The notes under the pieces are model-generated. The model searched no databases, was not told the origin of the DNA, and was given only the letters and a program-made list of their open reading frames with translations. DNA of 60,888 bases, filler included, from Coriobacteriales bacterium (lineage in GTDB: Bacteria; Actinomycetota; Coriobacteriia; Coriobacteriales; UBA8131), in NCBI GenBank assembly GCA_031263105.1. It is 5 parts of 5 records of this genome, joined end to end, with 100 filler letters (N's around TTAATTAATTAA, not from the genome) between each part and the next. Parts side by side here need not be neighbours in the genome. Positions count along the whole stretch, not along the records: positions 1 to 11,616 come from JAISGJ010000087.1; positions 11,717 to 25,336 come from JAISGJ010000112.1; 3 more parts are not named here. One strand, 5' to 3'. Position numbers and translations under genes: made by a program. Shown here one piece after another: positions 10,050-18,198 of the stretch; within the stretch, counting starts at the first letter, position 1; each line of letters opens with the position of its first letter.

Positions 10050-10083
10050 TGGACGCATTCCAGGAAGGGATGGACTTTCTCCA
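10049..10083. promoter_or_regulatory. Direct repeat ATGGAC-N4-TCCA x2 with 21-bp period; candidate AraC-family activator site
   Basis: ATGGACGCATTCCA (10049-10062) and ATGGACTTTCTCCA (10070-10083) abut the -35 element; an AraC gene is adjacent. Confidence 0.5.
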
Positions 10084-10105
10084 TGTTGCCGTTCGCGCGC
10101 TACCC

Positions 10106-10141
10106 TGTCATTGCGAGGGAGCGAAGCGACCGCGGCAATCT
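10106..10141. repeat. Half REP-like element (TGTCATTGCGAGGGAGCGAAGCGACCGCGGCAATCT)
   Basis: Has the GTCATT...AATC architecture of the other palindromic repeat ends in the window, with a variant core. Confidence 0.45.
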
Positions 10142-10214
10142 TTCTCCGCGTCGCAGCGCGCGAGGCAACAGGGTGGGCACGACGGGTCAGGCATGATAAG
10201 TCAGGCACGACGAG

Positions 10215-11051
10215 TCAGGCTGTGGGCGTTGCTTCTTTTGAGCGTGAGGCAAAGACACTCGGTGCCATGCCCGTGTGTTTCTTAAAGAGCCTGCTGAAAT
10301 AGTAACTGTCGCTGAAGCCGACACTTCTGGCGACCTGCTCTATCGTATAAAGGCCGGTGCCGAGCAGCTCTTTGGCATGGCGCATGCGTATGTTGACGAG
10401 GTAATGGGATGGCGCCATGCCAACGTGCTTGGAGAAGAGATAACCAAAGTGTTTCGCGCTCATGTCGTACAGGGCTGCCACCTGCTGGATGCTCAGTTCT
10501 TCTCCGTAGCTTTTGTCGAGGAAGGCAAGGGCATCGTCTATCAGGCTGCGCTCGTCAGCCTGGTTGTGGCGATGAACGGCGGTAACGACCTCCTCTATCA
10601 GACCGGCAAAAAGCGTTCGTGAGCGCAGCGTCGCCAGGCACCCGTTGTTCCGCGTGCTCGCGTGAAGCTGACGCGCGTGCTCAAGCAGGCGGATGTTGCT
10701 GCCTGTCTCGGCGCAGAAGTGCGAACGATAGAGAGGAAAGCTGCTCTCCTCCTGCTTGGGGATGGTGTAGTGTATCAGCACGCAACCCCAGTGGCTATCG
10801 CCCATGACCCGTTTCTCCAGCTCCATGGCGGCTCCGGCATGCAATACGACTCCGGGTTTGAGCTCATAGGAAACGCCGTTGAGGGTATAGCGCGCTTTTC
10901 CGCATAAGGGTATGACCAGCCCACTTCCCTCGGGGCTCGTTGTGGGGTCTGAAAGCTCCGTGTGAGCCGGAACGACGCCCTCAAAGGTGTCGTGCAGGGA
11001 CGGCTGGGCAAAGGTGTAATACTCGGCGAGCTCATTGGCATCGATAGTCAT
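10215..11051 (-). CDS. AraC-family transcriptional regulator
   Basis: C-terminal double HTH (VARSVGFSDSYYFSRLFKKHTGMAPS); AGGAG RBS. Confidence 0.93.
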   Translation of the reverse strand: MTIDANELAEYYTFAQPSLHDTFEGVVPAHTELSDPTTSPEGSGLVIPLCGKARYTLNGVSYELKPGVVLHAGAAMELEKRVMGDSHWGCVLIHYTIPKQEESSFPLYRSHFCAETGSNIRLLEHARQLHASTRNNGCLATLRSRTLFAGLIEEVVTAVHRHNQADERSLIDDALAFLDKSYGEELSIQQVAALYDMSAKHFGYLFSKHVGMAPSHYLVNIRMRHAKELLGTGLYTIEQVARSVGFSDSYYFSRLFKKHTGMAPSVFASRSKEATPTA

Positions 11052-11086
11052 GATAACTCCTGGCGAGGGTAGGGCTTTCCGTCGTT

Positions 11087-11106
11087 AAGTTAGTGTATCA
11101 TAACTT
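11087..11106. promoter_or_regulatory. Putative DtxR-family operator AAGTTAG-TGTATC-ATAACTT overlapping a TATGAT -10 of the AraC gene
   Basis: Near-palindrome matching GTTAG-N6-CTAAC with one mismatch, about 35 bp upstream of the AraC ATG. Confidence 0.55.
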
Positions 11107-11184
11107 CATCGACCGACAGCCCGGCATTCGCATGTGCACAACGGACGGGCGTCGCCGCAGCCCGTAACCATGTCGCCGTCGTGC

Positions 11185-11616
11185 TCATGTGGGTAGTTTG
11201 GCCATGCAGTATTGGGTGAGGCCCAACTCCCTGTTGGTGGTGAGGCGGATGATCTCAAAGCCTTTGTGCATGTAGATATTCATGGAGCGTTCCGCGTAGG
11301 TCTCAAGGCACAGGGGGATGCGCAGGCGTTCCGCGCGGGCGATGACCGGGTCAAAAAGCGCGCTCAGTACGCCTCGGCCCCGGTAGTGCGGGTTCACGCA
11401 TGCGGCGGCCAGGTAACCGTAACCATCAGGAAAAGCCTGCGTACACCAGGAGTCGCTGTCCAGGACTTTCAAGCGGTGCGCGTGTTCTCTGATCAGGCGC
11501 GCCTCGGCTGTGCTCAGAGTGCTGCAACCACGCTGGAGCCCGCGCTCCCAGAGCGCCGCGTAGTCGGCGGAGCTAAAGGCACCCGCCGTGTCAAAGAGCA
11601 GCGTGCCGGCCGGCAG
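11185..11616 (-). CDS. GNAT-family acetyltransferase, 5'-partial at contig end
   Basis: YLAAACVNPHYRGRGV, CLETY and IYMHKGF motifs; the frame stays open up to the N-gap. Confidence 0.75.
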   Translation of the reverse strand: MPAGTLLFDTAGAFSSADYAALWERGLQRGCSTLSTAEARLIREHAHRLKVLDSDSWCTQAFPDGYGYLAAACVNPHYRGRGVLSALFDPVIARAERLRIPLCLETYAERSMNIYMHKGFEIIRLTTNRELGLTQYCMAKLPT

Positions 11617-11716
11617 NNNNNNNNNNNNNNNNNNNNNNNNNNNNNNNNNNNNNNNNNNNNTTAATTAATTAANNNNNNNNNNNNNNNNNNNNNNNNNNNN
11701 NNNNNNNNNNNNNNNN
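11617..11716. other. Artificial contig linker
   Basis: N44-TTAATTAATTAA-N44 (stops in six frames). Confidence 0.98.
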
Positions 11717-12006
11717 TTCATCTCCACTGTCATCCCGAGCCTGCCGAGGGATCCTCGACGTGCCAAGTCTCAGTCTCCTTTCCTGCATTCCTTCATCTCC
11801 ACTGTCATCCCGAGCCTGCCGAGGGATCCTCGACCGCGCCAGCGGTCGACCGCAGGCCGAGGGGCCCTGCGACCTGCCGTTGGACACTGCGTGATCCGTG
11901 GGCCTGCCGGCCCGTCCTCGCTGAAAAAGCGATTGGTTTTGCGGGCGCTCGGACCCAAAGATTCCTCGGCGGAGCTCGGAATGACAGTGGGGGTGTGAAC
12001 TGTAAC
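11717..12006. mobile_element. MITE/REP-like palindromic element with duplicated left end, carrying 62 bp of the coding-hairpin element
   Basis: CACTGTCATCCCGAGC at about 11725 and 11800; right end GGAATGACAGTGGGGGTGTGAACTGTAAC. Confidence 0.8.
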
Positions 12007-12046
12007 GCTGCGACGCCTATGATATGACGCAGCTCCGACGCACGCC

Positions 12047-13006
12047 TCAGGCGTGCGGGGCGAGGGCGGCTTGGCGCATGAGGGAACGGGGGGCGCAGGC
12101 GGCAAGGCCTTGGCCGCGCGCCCATATCTCGATGGTGAGCGCCGCCTGCTCTATCAGCATGCCGAGGCCGTCGATGGCGACGGCCCCTGCCCGACGCGCA
12201 TCCCCGATGAGCGCGGTCTCGCCATGGCCGTACACCACGTCGAGCACGACAAGCCCCTCCCTGAGCGCCTGCGCCGGAACCGGCGACCCGTCGCCCGCAT
12301 GCATCCCCAGCGTAGTGGCATCGACCAGGACGTCGGCGGTAGCGAGGCAGCGGGCGGCCTCCTCGTAGCCGACGACCTGTACCGCAGTCGGCGGCCTGTG
12401 CCCGTCGTCGGCCCCCAGCCCGGGACAGCGGTCCAAACCCGTGTCTCGGGTGTCAAGCGATACGTCCCCCTGGCACACGTCCCCCTGCATCAGGCGCCTG
12501 ATGCGCTCGGCCGCTTGGACGACGTCGCGGCTCACCACGCTCACGGCCGCCGTCCCCGCCTCGACGAGCGCCAGCAGCGCGGAGAGGGCGACGGCCCCTG
12601 TTCCGCAGAGGACGACCGACGAGCCGGCCAACGTCACGTTGCCCTCCCGTTGGAGCGAGGCCACCAGGCCGCGGCCGTCGGTGTCGTCCCCGCACAGGAC
12701 GGGCAGGCCCTGCGCGGGAGACGGGCACAGGCGTATCACGTTCGTGCTGCCCGTCGCTGCGGAGAAGGACGAATGCTCGGCGCACAGCCTGTGGGCATCG
12801 TGCTTGTAGGGCGTGGTCACGTTGAAGCCCACGAAGGCGTCCGGCACCCGTTGCGCCTCGGCCAGCACGCGCTCGAACGAGGCCCGGTCCTCGCAGGGGT
12901 ACAGCCCGTACTCCCAGTCCAGGCCGAGGGCCGCATAGGCCGCGTTGTGGATGGCCGGCGAGAGCGAGTGTCCGATGGGATGCCCGAGCAGCCCTGTCCT
13001 CATCAT
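12047..13006 (-). CDS. aroE: Shikimate dehydrogenase
   Basis: GHPIGHSLSPAIHN, NVTTPYK, DTDGRG, DVVYG and DGLGMLIEQA motifs. Confidence 0.92.
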   Translation of the reverse strand: MMRTGLLGHPIGHSLSPAIHNAAYAALGLDWEYGLYPCEDRASFERVLAEAQRVPDAFVGFNVTTPYKHDAHRLCAEHSSFSAATGSTNVIRLCPSPAQGLPVLCGDDTDGRGLVASLQREGNVTLAGSSVVLCGTGAVALSALLALVEAGTAAVSVVSRDVVQAAERIRRLMQGDVCQGDVSLDTRDTGLDRCPGLGADDGHRPPTAVQVVGYEEAARCLATADVLVDATTLGMHAGDGSPVPAQALREGLVVLDVVYGHGETALIGDARRAGAVAIDGLGMLIEQAALTIEIWARGQGLAACAPRSLMRQAALAPHA

Positions 13007-13096
13007 GATGCCTCCTGGGTCGCCGCCCCGCGTGCAGCGGGCCCGCCCTCCGCAGCGCACTGCCGTCCCGATGCCCCTGCCCTGCTCCCCATGTCC

Positions 13097-13594
13097 CTAC
13101 ACACGGGGACGCCTGCCGTGCATGAGGCGGCGCTCGAAGCGGCGGAACAGCTGCGTGTACCAGAGGTCCTTCGTCGCCTGGGGCTCGACGAGTATGGCCT
13201 TCAGGCCGAGCAGGTGAGCGCCCCAGACGTCCGTCACGATCTGGTCGCCCACGCAGACGACCTTCTCGCCCCTGCGCCTGCCCATCTTGCGCAGCGCGCG
13301 CATATAGGCGAAGGGCGCGGGCTTCATCGCCCGGTGGACCAGCGGGAGGTCGAGCTCCCTCGCGTAGTCGAACACCACCCGATGCCAGTTGTTCGAGAGC
13401 AGGCAGACACGGAGCCCCTCCTCGCGCAGCCGGGCGACCCAGCGTGCCACCCCTGCGGGCAGGCGTCGCGTGTCGCGCGGCACCAGCGTGTTGTCGATGT
13501 CGAGCAGGACGATGCCGAAACCCTGTTCGACGAGGGCAGAAGGGTCGATGCGCTCGACGGAGCCGAGGTAGTCGTCAGGCGTGAGGAAGGGCAT
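13097..13594 (-). CDS. yqeG: HAD IIIA phosphatase (YqeG-like)
   Basis: LLDIDNTL, LSNN, AMKP and VGDQIVTDVWGA motifs; start at MPFLTPD. Confidence 0.88.
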   Translation of the reverse strand: MPFLTPDDYLGSVERIDPSALVEQGFGIVLLDIDNTLVPRDTRRLPAGVARWVARLREEGLRVCLLSNNWHRVVFDYARELDLPLVHRAMKPAPFAYMRALRKMGRRRGEKVVCVGDQIVTDVWGAHLLGLKAILVEPQATKDLWYTQLFRRFERRLMHGRRPRV

Positions 13595-13605
13595 CGTCCC
13601 TCTAC

Positions 13606-14883
13606 CTAGTTGGGGACGTTGAAGAGCTCGTGGTACACGACATTCGCCGCCTCGAACTCCTCGTAGGTCACGCAGAAGGTGTGGGTGCCCTCCTTGGACG
13701 TGAGCACATAGTACAGGTAGTCGGTCTCGGCGGGATTCGCCGCCGCCTCGATGGAGCTGATGTGCGGGGAGCATATGGGGCCTGCGGGCAACCCTGCGTT
13801 CTGATAGGTGTTGTAGGCGCTCTCGATGGCAAGATCCGTCTCCAACAGGGGGTGCCCGTCGTAGTTCTCAAGGCCGATGGCAAAGACGACCGTGGAGCAT
13901 ATCTGCAGGAGCATGCCCTCGTGCAGGCGGTTGTAGAGGACGGATGAGACCATAGGGCGCTCATCGGGCTCGGCGGTCTCCTTCTCGATCATCGACGCCA
14001 TGATGACCAGGTCGTACAGCGTGAGGTTCCTCTCCGCCGCATAGCTCAAATCCAGCCCGCTCGTCTCGATGGCGAACTGGTCGAGCAGGACGCGGACGAC
14101 GTAGGCGGCATCCGAGCCTGCGGGGATCTGATAGGTCTTGGGATACAGGAAGCCCTCCATCGAATTGTCGTAGACGCCTTCGAGGAAGGGATAGTCCGCG
14201 ACGTACTTGTCGGCAGAGTGCGCCTCTGCGACGAACTGGTCGGCCGGAATGCCGCAGGCCTCCTCGACACGCGCCGCAGTCGCCTCGATCGTGAGCCCTT
14301 CGGGGATGGTGAGCTTGTTGCCCCCCTGGGAGTCCGGCTGCGGCCCCGCGAGCAGGGCATCGACCGCATCGTTGTCCTCCATGCCGGTCTTCAGCGCATA
14401 GTGCCCCGGCTGGAGCCTGCTCTCCACGCCGCGACCCGTGACGGCGGAGATGAAGGAGCTTTCCTTGGAAATGACGCCCGTCTCCCTGAGGGCGCGGGCG
14501 ATATCGGCGGTGGAAGAGCCTTCGGGGATAAACACGGCGACCTCCACGCCCTTGCTGCCCCCGCCTCCCCCGACGATGCCGAGGGACTGCGCCAGCTTGA
14601 AGGCGCCAAAGGCCAAGGCAGCGAGCACCACGACCGCAACGACGACGGGCACGACCGTATGCCAGGGCGAACGTCCCTTTGCGCCCCATGCCCCTTGGGA
14701 GCCTCCGACCGTGTAGTCGACAAAGGCCCTTTCCTGGTCGGGTGACAGCTGCGACGGCTGCGAGAACATGCCCGTGCGCACGTTCTTGCGGGAGAAGCGC
14801 GAGAAATCCTCTTTGGAGGGGTCCTGGGCAGCATGCCGCGTGCCATCGGCGGAAACCCGGTGTTTCCCGGAATAGTCAGACAT
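13606..14883 (-). CDS. mltG: Endolytic transglycosylase MltG
   Basis: Single TM helix, TIPEG, EGFLYP, ASMIEKE, YNTYQNAGLPAGPI. Confidence 0.92.
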   Translation of the reverse strand: MSDYSGKHRVSADGTRHAAQDPSKEDFSRFSRKNVRTGMFSQPSQLSPDQERAFVDYTVGGSQGAWGAKGRSPWHTVVPVVVAVVVLAALAFGAFKLAQSLGIVGGGGGSKGVEVAVFIPEGSSTADIARALRETGVISKESSFISAVTGRGVESRLQPGHYALKTGMEDNDAVDALLAGPQPDSQGGNKLTIPEGLTIEATAARVEEACGIPADQFVAEAHSADKYVADYPFLEGVYDNSMEGFLYPKTYQIPAGSDAAYVVRVLLDQFAIETSGLDLSYAAERNLTLYDLVIMASMIEKETAEPDERPMVSSVLYNRLHEGMLLQICSTVVFAIGLENYDGHPLLETDLAIESAYNTYQNAGLPAGPICSPHISSIEAAANPAETDYLYYVLTSKEGTHTFCVTYEEFEAANVVYHELFNVPN

Positions 14884-14889
14884 CAGATC

Positions 14890-15345
14890 CTACCTCACCA
14901 TATCTCGGTGCTCTTCAAGCTTCCCCTTCTGCCTGGAAGCCGCCTCGAAGTATGCCCGAAGGATGAGCGAGGCAGCCACCCTGTCTATTTTACCGCGCAT
15001 CTCCCGTTCAGTACAGCCGGCCTGGCGCAGCGAGCGCTTCGCCTCGACGCTCGTGAGCCGTTCGTCCTGGTACACGACAGGAAGCCCCGTCCGCTCGGCA
15101 AGGCGCCCGGCGACCTTGCGCACGCGCACGGCCTGTGCGCCCTCCGTGCCGTCGAGCGACAGGGGCAGGCCGACGACGAGCAGCTTTGGCCCGTGGTCCT
15201 CGACAAGGCGCCTGAAGGCAGGCAGGTCGGCGAGCTGTCCTCCCGACGTCTCTATCGTGGCGACCGGCAAGGCGACCCCTGACGCCGTGTCGCCGCCCGC
15301 GACGCCGACGCGCCTCTCCCCTATGTCCAGGGCAAGTACCCGCAT
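14890..15345 (-). CDS. ruvX: Holliday junction resolvase-like/pre-16S rRNA nuclease RuvX (YqgF)
   Basis: LALDIGERRVGVA, VVGLP, DERLTS and DRVAA motifs. Confidence 0.93.
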   Translation of the reverse strand: MRVLALDIGERRVGVAGGDTASGVALPVATIETSGGQLADLPAFRRLVEDHGPKLLVVGLPLSLDGTEGAQAVRVRKVAGRLAERTGLPVVYQDERLTSVEAKRSLRQAGCTEREMRGKIDRVAASLILRAYFEAASRQKGKLEEHRDMVR

Positions 15346-15354
15346 GGCGCTGCG

Positions 15355-18198
15355 TCAGGCCGCGCCTGCATCGAGGGCGGCGCCCCTGGCTGCCTCTCGG
15401 GCGGCGTCGAGGGCGGCGTCGAGGGCGGAGGCGTCCTTTCCCCCTGCCTGCGCCATGGCGGGCCTGCCGCCGCCGCCGCCCTTGATGAGCGGGGCTGCCT
15501 GCCTGACAAGGGCGCCGGCATCGAAGCCGGCATCGACGGCGGCGTCGGTGCCGGCGGCAAGCAGCAGCGGGGCGCCTGTGGGCGCAAGCCCTCCGAGCAC
15601 GACGGCCGAGCCTGCGCCGAGCCGGTCGCGGAGCAGGTCCCAGAGCTTGCGGAGGCCCTCCACCTCATGCCCGTCGATGCGGGCGACGACAAGCCGGTAG
15701 CCCACGTCCATGGCGGCCTCGACAAGGCCGTCGACGTCGCCTGCGGCAGAGGTAAGCCGTTGCTGCCTCAGCTCGCCCTCGAGTTCCTGGACGCGCCGCT
15801 GCAACGTCTCCACCTTGCCGGCAAGCTCGCCGGGCTGCGCCTTGAGCACGCGGGCCGCATGCACGAGCTCGGCCTGCATGCGGTTGACGTACTGGAGCGC
15901 ATCGAAGCTCGTCACGGCCTCGATGCGGCGCAGGCTGGCACCGACCGACGACTCGCCGGTGACCTTCAGGAAGCCGATCTGTGCGGTGTGCGTGACATGG
16001 GTGCCGCCGCACAGCTCCCGTGAGTCCGCCCCCGCCTCGAGCACGCGCACGCGCTCCCCGTACTTCTCGCCGAACAGCGCCGTCACACCGCTTGCGCGCG
16101 CCTCGTCGAGCGAGGTCTCGTAGGCGCTTACGTCCGAGTCCTTCATGATGAGGCTGTTGACGAGCTCCTCTATCCGGCCTATCTGTTCGGGCGTCACCGC
16201 CTCGAAATGCGTGAAATCGAAGCGCAGCCGGTCGGGCGCGACGAGCGAGCCTGCCTGCCTGACGTGCTCGCCGAGCACCGTGCGCAGGGCGAGGTGCAGC
16301 AGGTGCGTCGCCGTATGGTTGCGCTCGATGCGCTCGCGGCGCATGCTGTCTATCTGCGCGACCACGGCATCGCCCACGGCAAGCGTGCCGTAGGCGACGC
16401 CGCTGTGGGCGTAGACGGCCTTCTCGTGGACCTTCGTGTCCTCGACCTGGAAGTCGCCTGTGCCGTCGGAGATGGCGATGAGGCCGGTGTCGCCCACCTG
16501 GCCGCCCATCTCCCCGTAGAAGGGCGTTCGGTCGAGGACGACCTGCGCGCGTTGGCCGGCGCCTATGCGGTCGACCGCAACGAGGCGGCCTCCGTCCTCG
16601 GCGGCGACGACGAGTGCGACGACCGTTGCGGGGGCCTCATGCGCCCCATGGCCGACGAACGCCGTAGGGCCGTGCGCGCCGAGGATGTCGTTGAACACGC
16701 TGCCGCTGGCCCAAGCGTCGTCCTTCACGGCGGCACGGGCGCGTTCGCGCTGGTCGTCCATATGCCGCTCGAAGCCGTCGCGATCGACCTCGACGCCCTG
16801 TTCGGCGGCGATCTCGATGGTCAGCTCGATGGGGAACCCGTAGCGGTCGTGCAGCTCGAAGGCCGCCGCGCCGGAGAGCGTCGGAGCGCTGGGGCCATCG
16901 GCCGCGCCCTCGGCGCCCGCCAAGCCCTCCGCAGCCGCAGCACCCTCGACGTCTTCAGCGCCCGCCAGGCCCTCAGCGCCCTCCGCGCCCACAGCGCCCA
17001 ACGCAGCTGTGTCCGCAGCCGCCGCGCCGGCCCCGTCCCCCGCGCCTGCCTTGGTTGCGGCAAGGGCCTCCAGATGGGCATCGAGATAGACCTGCCCGGA
17101 TCGCAGGGTCTGGTTGAAGCGCTCCTCCTCCGCGTGCACGATGCGCTCGATGAGCTCCTGGTTCTCGCGAAGCTCGGGGTAGGGGCCGCCCATCTCGTCG
17201 ATGACGGTGGTCACATAGCTGCCGAGGAAGGACGGCTCGATGCCGAGCAGCTGCCCGTGGCGCACGGCCCGGCGCAGCAGGCGGCGCAGCACATAGCCTC
17301 GGCCCTCGTTGGCGGGCAGGATGCCGTCGGCTATCATGAAGGTCACGGCGCGCGCATGGTCGGCGCAGATGCGCAGGCTCAGGTCGTCTGTGGCCTCGCG
17401 CCCGAAGCTGTCGCCGTATGCCTTGCCCGAGAGCTCCTCCCCCACCGCGATGAGCCCGCGCAGGATGTCGGTCCCATAGTTGGACTGTGCGCCCTGAAGG
17501 ATGGCGGCGGTGCGCTCAAGGCCCATGCCGGTGTCGATGTTCTTATGGGGGAGCGCAACGAACGTGCCGTCCTCCTGACGGTCGTACTGGGTAAAGACGC
17601 AGTTCCAGTACTCAAGGAAGCGGTCGCAGCCGCAGCCGGGGGCGCACTCAGGGCGCCCGCAGCCAAAGCGCTCCCCTTGGTCGTAGTACAACTCGCTGCA
17701 AGGGCCGCAGGGGCCGGTAGGGCCCGCCGTCCAGAAGTTGTCCTTCTCGCCGAGGCGCGTGATGTGGCTCTCCGGCACGCCGAGGGACCTCCATATCGCC
17801 ACGGTCTCGTCGTCGTCGAGGTAGACGGTGAAGTACAGCCGCTCAGGATCGAAGCCCAAGACCTCGGTCGAGAACTCGTAGGCCCAGGCGCACATCTCCT
17901 GCTTGAAGTACGAGCCGAAGCTGAAGTTGCCCAGCATCTCGAAGAAGCTCAGGTGCCGCCCCGTGGTTCCGATGATGTCTATGTCGGTGGTGCGCACGCA
18001 TTTCTGGACCGTGGCGGTGCCGATATAGGGCCTCTCGAGCTGCTTCTGCTGGAGGAAGTACGGCTTGAACTGCACCATGCCCGCACTCGTGAGCAGAAGG
18101 GAGGGGTCGTCGGGGACAAGCGACGACGAGGGCAGCCGCTTGCAGCCCTTCTCCTCGAAGAAGCCCAGGTACCTCTCGCGCAACTCGCTACTCTTCAC
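15355..18198 (-). CDS. alaS: Alanine--tRNA ligase, with an Ala/Gly-rich insertion
   Basis: SAGMVQFK, FFEMLGNFSFG, IDTGMGLER, NHTATHLL, ELCGGTHV and GGGGG motifs; GTG start at 18198. Confidence 0.97.
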   Translation of the reverse strand: MKSSELRERYLGFFEEKGCKRLPSSSLVPDDPSLLLTSAGMVQFKPYFLQQKQLERPYIGTATVQKCVRTTDIDIIGTTGRHLSFFEMLGNFSFGSYFKQEMCAWAYEFSTEVLGFDPERLYFTVYLDDDETVAIWRSLGVPESHITRLGEKDNFWTAGPTGPCGPCSELYYDQGERFGCGRPECAPGCGCDRFLEYWNCVFTQYDRQEDGTFVALPHKNIDTGMGLERTAAILQGAQSNYGTDILRGLIAVGEELSGKAYGDSFGREATDDLSLRICADHARAVTFMIADGILPANEGRGYVLRRLLRRAVRHGQLLGIEPSFLGSYVTTVIDEMGGPYPELRENQELIERIVHAEEERFNQTLRSGQVYLDAHLEALAATKAGAGDGAGAAAADTAALGAVGAEGAEGLAGAEDVEGAAAAEGLAGAEGAADGPSAPTLSGAAAFELHDRYGFPIELTIEIAAEQGVEVDRDGFERHMDDQRERARAAVKDDAWASGSVFNDILGAHGPTAFVGHGAHEAPATVVALVVAAEDGGRLVAVDRIGAGQRAQVVLDRTPFYGEMGGQVGDTGLIAISDGTGDFQVEDTKVHEKAVYAHSGVAYGTLAVGDAVVAQIDSMRRERIERNHTATHLLHLALRTVLGEHVRQAGSLVAPDRLRFDFTHFEAVTPEQIGRIEELVNSLIMKDSDVSAYETSLDEARASGVTALFGEKYGERVRVLEAGADSRELCGGTHVTHTAQIGFLKVTGESSVGASLRRIEAVTSFDALQYVNRMQAELVHAARVLKAQPGELAGKVETLQRRVQELEGELRQQRLTSAAGDVDGLVEAAMDVGYRLVVARIDGHEVEGLRKLWDLLRDRLGAGSAVVLGGLAPTGAPLLLAAGTDAAVDAGFDAGALVRQAAPLIKGGGGGRPAMAQAGGKDASALDAALDAAREAARGAALDAGAA

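Noticed and set aside
11617..11716. TTAATTAATTAA palindrome repeated four times in the window
   Set aside because: Artificial six-frame-stop linker inside N runs; genes on either side are not necessarily neighbours.
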